This document shows positions 23,701 through 35,700 of a stretch of DNA of 64,000 nucleotides, piece by piece. The position numbers and the translations under genes were made by a program. Position 1 is the stretch's first letter, and the number at the start of each line of letters is the position of its first letter. Below the pieces are notes generated by a model. The model made no database searches. It was not told the origin of the DNA and saw nothing but the letters and a program-made list of their open reading frames with translations. Origin of the DNA: Strigamia acuminata (lineage: Eukaryota); assembly GCA_949358305.1 (NCBI GenBank), contig OX442314.1, positions 20,522,001 through 20,586,000 on the forward strand. The letters run 5' to 3'.

Positions 23701-26700
23701 AATGCAGCTACTGATTGGGCAAAACATTAATTTTTTTAAATGCAAAACTCAAAGCTAGCAAAAACTTAATCTTTGACAATCAAATTAAATATGAAATGAA
23801 AATATTCTATGGTTTTTTTTGCAATAGGTCGTATTCCTTCGTATTGTGTCAAATAAAAAAACAGTAGCTGCATTCAAAAACTCTTAAAATTTAAAACGTA
23901 TGCAAAACTCGTTTCGTGTCTGTGCATGTGACGTCATTCCCATTGAATAACATGGGAATGACGTCACATGTACACACACGAAACGAGTTTTGCATAAGTT
24001 TTAGCGTTTTTGAATGCAGCTAGTTTTTTTTAATATATATGAAATTAATATTTGCAGTGTTGTTTATGTACAGAACAAATTGTTTTTGGCTTAATAGAAG
24101 AAAACAATGTTATTTTCAATTTGCTAGGAAATTCAATCTTTCAAAAACAAATTGTAAAATTGTTTACAATTATAAAATAAATGCAATAATATTTTGCATA
24201 CTCAAAACACATGGTGATAAGAGTTACTGAAGAAGCGGCAAACGTGTTGACAACTTTCTTGTGACGTGTAAACAAACAATTATTTGTCACTGGCACTTTG
24301 CATGCAGCCGTTTTTTGGACCTCATTTCTTCCAAACAAATGTGAAAAATGACAAGATGGCTAAATCTGAGAGCATGAGAATTGTTCTGCTCTTGTACAGC
24401 ACGAACCTATTTGTTTGCTTTTTGAAAAGGGTAATACAACTCCAGAACTTTTAATACCACCAAATAAAGGAATGTGGTATTAAAAAAAATTTTAAAATGT
24501 TAGTAACCATTTTGACATTTCATTTTTGGGTTAGGATTTTCCTTTTGGTGTAGCATTTTATACTTGCATTTTGCTTCTCATTTTAAATTTAATTTAGACG
24601 TTTTAACTATCTAAAACTTATTAAATCCATAGATAATGAATAAATAATTTATTATTTAATTTTATTTTGAAGGTTTCATTCTCAAATGCATTCAGTTGTA
24701 CGACACGACTGTTGTTCGACATGGACTTATGTTGGTAGGACCTACTGGATCAGGCAAGACAAAAGTAGGTGCATTTCAATAACTAATGAGCAAGAGCGCA
24801 CGAATACACGAAAAATACGTAGCAGAAATATACAAATAAATCATGACTAGAGGTGTATCCAATCCAGGGCTGGGAAAATTGCATCACAATCCATTCCCGT
24901 CTTCATCTCTATACCATTGAGAGCGGGTCGTTCACATAATGCAATTTTCAAAACAGAAATTATTACCAGCAGCACTCACTGTACAAAAAAGAAACTTGCC
25001 ACATTTCAGGATAATAGGTAGGACAAATGGCTCCTTAAACTAAATAAAAGCACTAAATAAAAATAAGTTTCCAGCAAACTTTTATTAGAGATCAACAAAG
25101 ATCACTTCATTTTCTACCGAACATGCTTTTATCTCGGAGCATTATACTAGCAACGCTTATCTCTAGCTTTCTGTATAATAATAGCTTTGTTGAACGTGAG
25201 GAACATTTTGTATAAATTGTGCCGAAATTTTCTTCAGTAGAAGTTTTATGAATGAAGCAATGAGATCATGTTTGATGTTAATGGCAGTGGCATAAAGGCT
25301 TCATTTCTTCGTACGGCTGAGAACGCCAACTCTTAATAGCTCAATCAACCTGTCGCAGCTATCGAGGCAGAAAAAGACAAGGGTTGAATTTATGGGTTCA
25401 TTGATCTTTCAATACAGAACCATTTTTCATTTTGATTTTATATTTGGAAAGAAATGAGTATTTTGATAGAAAGTTTGAAATTGAAGATGATGTGACTTGT
25501 CTTGAAACGCGAGGCGAGGTGGTTATTGGATTTTGTGAATCTCTGTGGTAGTGCAGCACAATTTATTATCTTTTTTACAACAGTTTCTTTTTATTAACTT
25601 TTTTTTTTAAATTCGTGTATTATACACATGTAAAGTAAATTAAAATGTATACATACGTGGTAAATCACCGGCAATTGTTTATGAAATTTAGTTTTACATG
25701 AGGTTTGAACAACATTAGTAGTGGAAATAATATTTTTACAAATTTGTTATATATATATTAATTTATACAAAAATAATTTACTTTTTTAAAAATTTATTTT
25801 TTTTGCTTTTATTTGTTTATAACATTTTTATACATTTATAATACTTGATGAACAGTAGAATACAACATTTACAGCCAATACGTACACAATTTCAACTTGT
25901 TCAATATTAACTATTTTTTGCCTCTCATCCGCCAACCTTTTTTTTCTCACATGATAATCACGATCATTTCAATCTGGCACACAAAACTCTTGAGAAAAAA
26001 ATTACAGTTTGAAGTAAAGCGAACTCGCACGTGAAATTCAAAGTTGACAACAAAGAGCAACCGATGAGGTTTTTTTTTTTAGATTTTTTTAAAGTGAAAA
26101 ACATATAGAAATAAGTGCAAACTGAATTTTTTTTGCTGTTCTCTTTATCAGCTTATTTCTACGTGAAAGCGTGTTGGACTTGGAGGATGTGCAAAAAAAA
26201 AAAGATTCATAAAATGAGATCATAAATTATTTATACCACAAACACAGCCAAGCTCCCTTATTTTATAAAAGATCTGTTCAATAAAAACGTTTGATCAACA
26301 AGATTTTAAAATTTTATAATTAAAAAGTTTGAAATTTGTCTCTTCCTTTCGTTCCAGTTAACCAATAACTTCATGTCTTTTTTGATAAATTTTTATGAGA
26401 TCTTTCAATCTAGCTTGGCATGTTGTGTGTTGCTTTATCGAATTCTTTTAGCCAGGAAAATGCGCTTCCGAAGCGTGGGCTTAGTCGTAAAAGAAGAACT
26501 ATTGGCACGCAAGGGCGCTGTTAGATGTAAACAGGATGAACTAAAACTTCTGGTTTTTTTATTTGTTGTTGCGGCGAAATAGAAAATCGAAAGTCTAATT
26601 TCCTTTAATTTTACGTGTCAGATTGATTACACGAACATCATACAAATAGGTTTTTATGAGCTTTGTTTAACGAACAAGTTAAATTTTTAATTAAATTTCA

Positions 26701-29700
26701 AAAAGTTTTTTCGGAAAAAACATCTATCAAATTTTTTTATCCAAAAGTTTGATAGGTACTGGTTAATGGGGGTATAGAGGAATTGATTGATTATTGGGAC
26801 TTGCTAGTATTAGATATATTGATTGTGAAAGAAATTGTTCTCTAAAGAGCTAAAACGACCTGCAAAAGCCCGTTTGGACAAAAAAAACTTCCCTGCAGTT
26901 TAGCTGCTTTAAGTTTATCTACCAGGTGGCAAAAAAATCTATTGAGATTCAATGACATCAATCTTGACTCAGTCACTTCCGCTAACAACAGTATTAAAAG
27001 ATAGACCAGGCAAATAATGATAGATAAACTTAAAACAGCTAAACTGCAGGAAAGTTTTTTTGTCCACGACTGTACAGTAATTGGTTTTAATTTTCTAATA
27101 TTTCTACTGTTTGAATTATTTACATGTTATACGAATATGAATATGAATATGAATATGGAAAACTTTGAGAAGGTTTCATGACTTGTAATAGGTACGTTTA
27201 TTAACGGGGGCAGAAAAAGTAATTATTTAAACTGAAGGGAATCGCTTTTACTTCTCCAAATGCCCGCCATGTCTAATTGAGATCTGATTAGTTGCATGAG
27301 AGCACGTCGGAAAGTCATTCCATACATACTATAAAGAATAAAATTGACGGAGAAGTTACTGTAATACAAGAGCATTGAAAATTGTTGAAGAATAAATGCG
27401 AGTTCACTTCTAACAGTTGACATTTCTGAGGAACTGCTTTGTTCTCCCACGAATAGGTAAATGCGGAACATGTAGCTTGGAAGATTTAAAATGATGAATA
27501 CAGTTGAAATAAGAAGTAACATTTTGGTAATAGTATATTGAGTTCTTTGAGACAAGATGCTTCGATGAGTCACTGGTTTTGAAGCATCTAAGAAAACAGA
27601 ATATACTTATTTGTTTGGATATTCAATTTCAATTGCACAAGAAATTCATTGCTACTGCTGTGTTGGTCCGTTATTGGAAATAACATGTAATAAAACCGTG
27701 AAAGGCAATGAGATCGCTCGAAATAACAATCATTTGCATTAAATTTAGCGTTTACTGAACCGAAAATAGTTGGCAGGAAACGGTGAATCAACAATAACAC
27801 TTGCATTCAGAATAACAGAAAATGTATTTTGAAATGCTGTTTGTTGATAACCCGGTATTTTATTTTATTTCAAGGCCTAGACCAGGGGTCGGCAAGTAAT
27901 TTTAAGTGGGGTCCGGATACTATTAAAAATGTTATCGAGGTCCAGAAAAACACACTTAAAAACCTCGGAAAACGGAAAAAACACTTAAAAACCAAATAAA
28001 CCCCCTAATAAACACACACAACCCAAAAAATACCAATAAAACCTAAAAAAAAAAACAGGGAAAAAAACAAGAAGAAAAACACCGAAAAACCAAAGAAACC
28101 GAGGGAAAACGTCGCTAAAACATATCTCCGCAGTCCAAGTTTCGACCTTCCGCCTGTTGCCGACCGCTGGCCTAGACTGTTGTCTCGTCCAGGCACAGAG
28201 ATAAAAGAATATATAGGTGTTGTTTTTTTGCACTATCCCCCAGAAAAATAAGGTTTTATGCGCTTTCTTAAATAAGTTAGTACGTGAGGAAAAAGTAAAC
28301 ATGGTTGCATAATAAATAAATAAATACCCTGAATTTTGAAATGCTATTGAGAATAGAGATATGGTATATTTTGTATTGAGGCTGCGTTTAGTTTTGTGGT
28401 GCAGTCAGATGAGAAGCAGACTAATCTTCTCTAATCTTCTAAATCAAGTATACCTCATTTATAATTTGTACAATGAAATCTCTGAAAAGCTGGATGACCT
28501 TTAGTGCTGCTTTCGCCGGTCTGGGAGCGGAGGTTGATTAAGTTTAATTAGCATTAAGATGTACTCAACTAGCTCTGTTCTCTTGTGTTTTAATTGAGTC
28601 TGAGGACTTTGTGTCTCGAGGGAATCCACTGTATTATGTATAAATCCTGGATATTAATGCAAAAAAATTCATTTTATGTGCATTTAATATGCCATTTCAT
28701 GCAATAAAAAAATATATATATATTTTAAATTGAAATCGTGTGTTGCAATAACAAATTAACGCCATTTCAAAGTGTTCTGATGCAAAAAAGTGTCGCTTGT
28801 CAGTATATTGATTTAAATTGGGAGAAATAACTTTCAACGATATGACAAATGAAAATAAGTTCAGTTTTCAATCTATCGCTTCCTTAACTTATCAGACGCC
28901 ACTTTGGATTTGCCTTCTTTACGAGATTCTATGCTTATACACAAAATGTATATGCACATGTTACTGTCATGGTCCTATATTTATGCACTACTTTCCTAAT
29001 GTTTTTGTACGCGTTATCCCATGTTTGTTCTTATGTCCTAGTGTTAAAGAAACCTAATTTAATTTACCTCACCTTGACTCCTCATTTTGATGTTTTGTTT
29101 AAAGTTTATTCCTTGGCCTGTTCTGGCATGATTCTTTTAATCATGTCGGACCAGTCCAGGTACTGTAATAGCTACTGTCTTCCCCACTGATTGGCTGTGC
29201 CCTTTCAGTTTTGGGTCTGGCTCGAGTTTACCTCATGGCTTGCAAGGGCTGGATCCTGGCAGAAGGTTCACGCCTACAGACCTGACAAGAGCTTTTATTA
29301 ATCGATGGTCAGCTTGGCTACCTATCTCCCTGTGATTAACTCACGTTATTGTCTTCGTACGATTTGAATTTCCTATGGTGTGCATTCATTGTCATCCCGC
29401 GTGTTTATTCGTGTTCTTAGCTTAGAAACTCATAATTTTTGTAGCCCTTTCGTATTGATTCTTTATGTCTTTGACATCCACTTGGTGACCGGAATTGGTT
29501 TAATTTGCCACTGTCTTTTTCTGTGTCTCCTGCGCGCGTGTTTGTAGTGCGATTGCACGGTTAGGCCATCTCGCCATTAGAGATCCCAGCCAAGTTTAGC
29601 TCGGCATTGCCTTCTACGACAATCCGGTTGTTGATCGTGGATGCGAACCTTGCCATTATTCTTCTATTTTTATAATTCCAAGAAACCTGTGCTTAATTTG

Positions 29701-32700
29701 GGTAGGATCAAGCAAGGGGATAGCTCCCGCCATTCCTCAGGCGGACTATCAATAAACGGGCCCCCGCTTAAAGCCGGGCTCTCATTGTGTTGTAGCGGGC
29801 GCATAATCCAAAACGCGTTTACCTTATTCTATAAAGCCGATTCATTACAATATGTTTTCTACATTTTCTGCATGTCACAATAAGGCTGAACACTGCGATT
29901 TATGCATTTACGCATTTATGGATTTAATGACAAATTTGGCTATTTATGCGCAATAATATATTCTTATGTATTTATCCGGGCTTTAATTACAATTCTGAGC
30001 AGGGTGTGCAAAACTAAAAATAATTTGAACTTGAAATAATTAAGTAGCCAGCCCATCTTTTCCAAATATGGGCGAAGAAATTCAGGTAAAAATTTTGAGG
30101 CGCCCGGTATTTGTCCTACATCTGATTGCAAGTTTAGATGTATATAACATTTTTTTGGGTAACATACCTGCATTTAGGTCACTTCCTTTCAAAACAACAA
30201 CAACGACAACATTACTGTTTTGACTATTGTTGTTATTATGAGTTCTTGTTTCGCTGCTACCAGATTGCGATTGAGATTGAGATGATGACGCTGCTCTACT
30301 CGGTCTGCTGCAACTACTTTGAGGTTGTAATGTTAAATCTTGATGACGATGTTTGCAAGAAAATTTATACAATTGCCTCGCGATCAGCGAGTTCATAATA
30401 ACAATGAGCAGCAGAGGCAAAATGAGCGTTACCACTGTGTCCACCGAGTTGATGATTCGCATGGTTCCATAGTAGTCAGGCAGAAGCCCACAAACATACG
30501 ATGCGTTTGAGTTTTCCCCTTTACTTGGCGTATCATGAAGCACTAGTCCAGCGACACACAACAGATACGAATGAATCACAAAGGCAGAAAGTGATAAGAT
30601 TGAGATGGTCAATTTTGCCCTTTTAACTGTGCACATTTGTGGTCTTTGTAACGGATATTGGATTGCTATGAATCGTTCAACTGTGAATGCAATTATAAAC
30701 CATACAGAGAGAAAACTCGAAGTTGAGCTCAAGTAAACGGCTATTTGGCACCATCCTTCTAAGTTGAATACTTCAACGCCAACGTTGGCCAACCAGACGA
30801 GAAATAGAGTAAATAGAAATGCAACATCTGCAAGTGCCAGAGCCGCGAGATAATAACTTGATGAGCGAATTCGTAGATGGGTGCACAAGAACACGACGCA
30901 CGATATGGAGTTGCCAATTGTACCCACTGCTACGATGACTGGAATGTAGTATTTGTTTAAAAATTCTAATACTGCCCAACAGTTAGGCCACGACCGGTGT
31001 TGTTCGTTGTTGACATTTGTCGGACTGAAGGTGTAAATGGTGGACACATTGTGCGTGTCGAAATCGTATACAACATTTGTATGGTTTTTATGGCCGAATG
31101 GGTCTTGCGAAGAGAAAAGCACTTGATCCATGACGGCTTTAACAAAGATCGCTCTCTCGGAAAATTGGTGTGCATATCACAGTGGAAAGGAAACCTGAAA
31201 TTGGAGAAAATATTTAAAAAAATTTATAGTTATAATTTTAAGCGAGTAGGAAGGGATAATTGGATTTTTGCGAAATACCTGAAATTGGAGAAATTTTTTG
31301 ATTTGAATTGCTTAATTGATCTTTAAAACCACCATATTGAGTAAGAATTTTGTAATTATCTACTACCAGTTCTTACAATGGTTACTTTGTTTTTTACTTG
31401 ATGAAATTCTGGGAACACCTAGTGAAGTTGAAAGCTGCATAGATTGTTTTGCACGTTTGTTAAATGCATAAAGATTTCGTGCTTTCGACTTGAATTTACA
31501 TAAGAATAAAAAATTTATAAAGTTCTAACGTTCCGTTTATTTTGCTGTGAACTTCTTTGACATTACATTACAATCGCTATTCGTTCGTGCATACTTATTG
31601 GGCTATAGTCTAGAGGTTTACTGCATACTTGAAAGAAATTTTAATCTATTTTATTTGTACAGCAAAAACAATAGAAAATGATCAAAGTCACTTTTTATAC
31701 GAAAAAGATAACATTCTGACATTCCAAATATTGATTTCCTGCGCTGCAGTGATGAGTGGGAGAAAACGTATGATTTGCTGAAATAAATTTCTTTTATGTA
31801 CCGATATGTAAGTGCTGCTTCCTCCCACATCTTTCTTTGACCGGAATTTGTTTGTGATGAAGTATAGAATTGTTTGTTTAATTTAAACCAAAGCTTTTAT
31901 TTTATCAATAAAATAGAAAGTTTTATTTGATTTGTTTTAGGTGAGGTTTTAGAAATAGGAGATTCTATAAAATTCCATTATGAAATTCGTTATTTATTTT
32001 GTGATGTAAACAGTCACAATCTGTTGGTCACTTTACAATTCAGCTAGAATTGCGATTTTTGTATTACAACGTAATTTAATTACTCGGGGTGGTGCATTAC
32101 TAAAATGTACCATTCATTGGTTTTAAAATAAAATCTCAATTATTTGCTTGAAGCGAGATGATGTGGTTGTCATTTAGTACAAAAAAGGGCAACATTCGTA
32201 AGTTGCGCAATTTCTGTTTGCAGTTTTGATTTCATTAGAGGTATTTATTATATGTTTCACAGTAGCTGCATTCAAAAACTCTAAAACGCCTCTAAAACTC
32301 GTTTCGTGTCTGTACATGTGACGTCGTTCCCATGTTATTCAACATGTTATTCAACATGGGAATGACGTCACATGTACAGTCGTGGACAAAAAAAACTTCC
32401 CCTTCAGTTTAGCTGTTTTAAGTGTATCTATTTATCTATTTGCCTGGTCAATCTTTTAATACTGCTGTTAGGGTAAGACAAGAGACCAGATCAAGATTGA
32501 TGTCATTGAATCTCAATGGATTTTTATGCCACCTGGTAGATAAACTGAAGGGAAGTTTTTTTTGTTCACAACTATACAGACACGAAACGAGTTTTAAAGG
32601 CGTTTTTGAGTTTTTGAATGCAGCTACTGCAATTTGAGTCGTTAGTTCGCATTTCAATTTTGCATTTTAATTTCAGTGTTAATATCTCGTTTGATTTAAC

Positions 32701-35700
32701 TAACCCAGGGTGGTTGATTACCGTACTAGTATAACCCTCGTCTTCTCTGGAGAAATAAATTTTAATTTTCTACCTAATTAGTGATCACAAAATGAAAACA
32801 TGATTTAATCTTCAGAAAAAGATTTATTTATAACTTATTTATTAACAAAAAAATATACAGGGTGTTCTAAAAGTCTGTACCCCTCCAAATATTTCCTGAG
32901 CAATTGCATCTTGGCCAATTTTGATGAAGCGATCATATAGTAAGTTGGGTGAGAGCAATCGAATGACATCATCAAATTTGACCTTGAAGGTCATTTTCAA
33001 GGTCATTCACTCGCTAACTTCTAAACCAATCAGGTTAGAGCAAAAAAGTCAATTACAAAGTTGTAGAGCACCATCAAATTAGTACTATACAACTGATGTT
33101 AGTCATCTTAAGTTAAATGTTTTTCTTTTAAAAAAGAGACAAATCAGAAAAAAAATCAGCAAAGTGAAATTTTTTATTCTTGTGAGAAAATAATTATTGA
33201 GGCATTAAAAAAGGCAGTGGTTTTTCTCGTTTACTTGCATAATGATGCACATTTGAATACGTTTATTTCAGTAATTCAATATTTTTGGAGTAGAAATTTA
33301 CGATTTGTCACAATGGCTGGCTTTATTTTAGCTGATTTGTCTCCTTTTTAAAAAGAAAACATTTAACTTAAGATGACTAAGATAAGTTGGATAGTACTAA
33401 TTTGATGGTGCTCTACAACTTTGTAATTGACTTTTTTGCTCTAACCTGATTGGTTTAGAAGTTAGCGAGTGAATGACCTTGAAAATGACCTTCGAGGTCA
33501 AATTTGATGACGTCATTGGATTGCTCTCACCCAACTTCCTATACGGTCGCTTCATCAAAGTTGGCCTAGATGCAATTGCTCAGGAAATATTTGGAGGGGT
33601 ACAGACTTTTAGAACACCCTGTATTCTTTTTACAACAAACGATTTTTTTTGCAACAAACGATTTTTTTTGCAATAATTTAGTAAGACAATTTAGAGGTTT
33701 TGCAATTCTGCGGGAAACTTGAGATGTGGGAAATGGAGACGGTTCTTCTGGATGCACAAAATTGAATTGAATTCAATTTAACAGCGCTAAATTGATGTCG
33801 TGGGAAATTGAGATGCGGCTGGTCTGCGCCTCCCATTGTTTTGAGATATAGGTTTTAAATTTTTTTTTGTATTTTTACAATTTTCCTGAATAGCAGTAGA
33901 TGGTTCGTGAGGATTAATGAAACTAGCAACAGTTAAACATTATTACAAGAACAGCCTCTTTTCACACCCCCCCCCCCCCCAAGCTGTGAGAGATCAAGCT
34001 ACTCTCAGCCAAGACTGAAAACTGTTCGTTAAACATTCTGTATTGCAGATTTGTCATCTGCAGAAATTCTTAATTTTTTGAATCATTTTTTATTTATTTT
34101 TGTATCGACGGTCCCTACATCATATTTTGACAGTCTTTTTGTCATCTGCAATTATTATTTTTGATATTTTTAGATTTAATAACATTTTTTATGCATTTTT
34201 ACTTATTTGGTTTCTGAATTTTATTGCTACAGTAGAACCTGAATAAGTGCGGAAAAATATTCCGCATTTAATCATTCGCGGTTGCGCAATTTCGTTGTTG
34301 CAAATTCCTAAGAATGCCTAACTCTTCGAACCTAACCTTACCAGTTTTTTTTAAACAAATCCCAGTATTGAAATTTTTTTCATTTTAAAATTCCGCGGTT
34401 AATCAGTAACCGGTTATTCATTCCCCGATTCAGTTTATGATGTCTGGAATTTAAATGTGTCATTTATTTCCGTGGTTATTATTTCCGACCGTAACCCCAT
34501 TGAGTTGTTGCTCGACCTAAAACAGCATTTTTCAGCCTAAAAATGTCATTTTCAGCCCGTTTTCACTGATTTTTTTTTCTATTTTTCTTTCACCATCTAT
34601 TTGTGGTTTATCTTAACACTAATTGTTCTTTTGTTGAATTTTAAAATGTTTCATGAATGCACTGACAGATGATAAACGATGAAGAGCAAATTCTTGTAAA
34701 AGTATATTGTTCAATAGCATAAATGGTTTTACAGACATTTCAATTGGTTTTCGCGACATTTGCCCAAATGTGATTCACACACACTCAAAAACTAACAATT
34801 AACCTCTTCGGGTTTTAGTACATAGATTTCCTATTAATTTAATTAATATCTGAGGTTACAATGCTCGTGTAAAAATGGATAATAGACCTCGATAACGAGT
34901 AAACTGTCCTTTTAGCAATTAAAGTGCAGTTGCTGCACCATCACCTCTTCTCATCATAACATCACTTCATGTCATTCATTTTATCTCTTTCTACATCGAC
35001 ACTTCATGTTCTTTGATATCATTATTTTGGATTTCAAATAAACAGTTTAGCAGAAAATGAATTACAAAAATGCTTCTGGATCAAATAGAATAAAATAAAT
35101 TGTGATTGACTGGCTGTTATTTCTTTCTTTCTTCTTAGCTGTTACTTTCTGACTGTAATTGCTTGTGTGAACATGGTGCAAACCTAGCTTAACGGTATCA
35201 AGTTACAACCACTTGAAAGATGCTTGTGTCACATTTCCTGCATTTGCCAATGACGACGCAAACTTACTACGTTTTTCGCTTTTTCTAAAAAGGATAGAAT
35301 GGAAAAAGTGAATGGTGGATTCTATATCAAATTTTACTCAGGTTTTCTTTAAACTTAGATTCTATACCGTCATGTTGGATGAATGTGCAGTCTTGTCAGC
35401 TTAATTTAATCTACTTTTGAATTTGGTTTGTCGCAAGCTATCTGGTTTTGATTTTTGAAGTTAGTTTGTCTTATTCAATATGGTTTTGAGGTCATTGCAC
35501 AAAACATAGTGCGACTCAGGGACGCCAAAGTTACCTACATCAGTTCGCACGTTGCGAGATTCCACCACCAGGGATATGGGATGGGACCCCAACGGGATTG
35601 GCATCATTGAACCCAATCATTGGGTTGGGTGTGATCACGTGTGGGTTTTTTTTGTATCTGCTGGATTTTCTGGTAGAAAAACAATTGCTAATACAGTCGA

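Noticed and set aside
27985..28302. Phe-rich membrane-like ORFs (also 37035-37244)
   Set aside because: Translations of the A-rich interior of a hAT MITE.
29716..29800. Hammerhead or HDV-like ribozyme
   Set aside because: CTGAGGA is present on the minus strand, but I could not build the GAAA core and three stems, or an HDV pseudoknot.
30082..30167. C-terminal tail of the 349-aa GPCR ORF
   Set aside because: Read-through into the intron past the donor at 30167; TM6-7 lie in exon 27587-27223.
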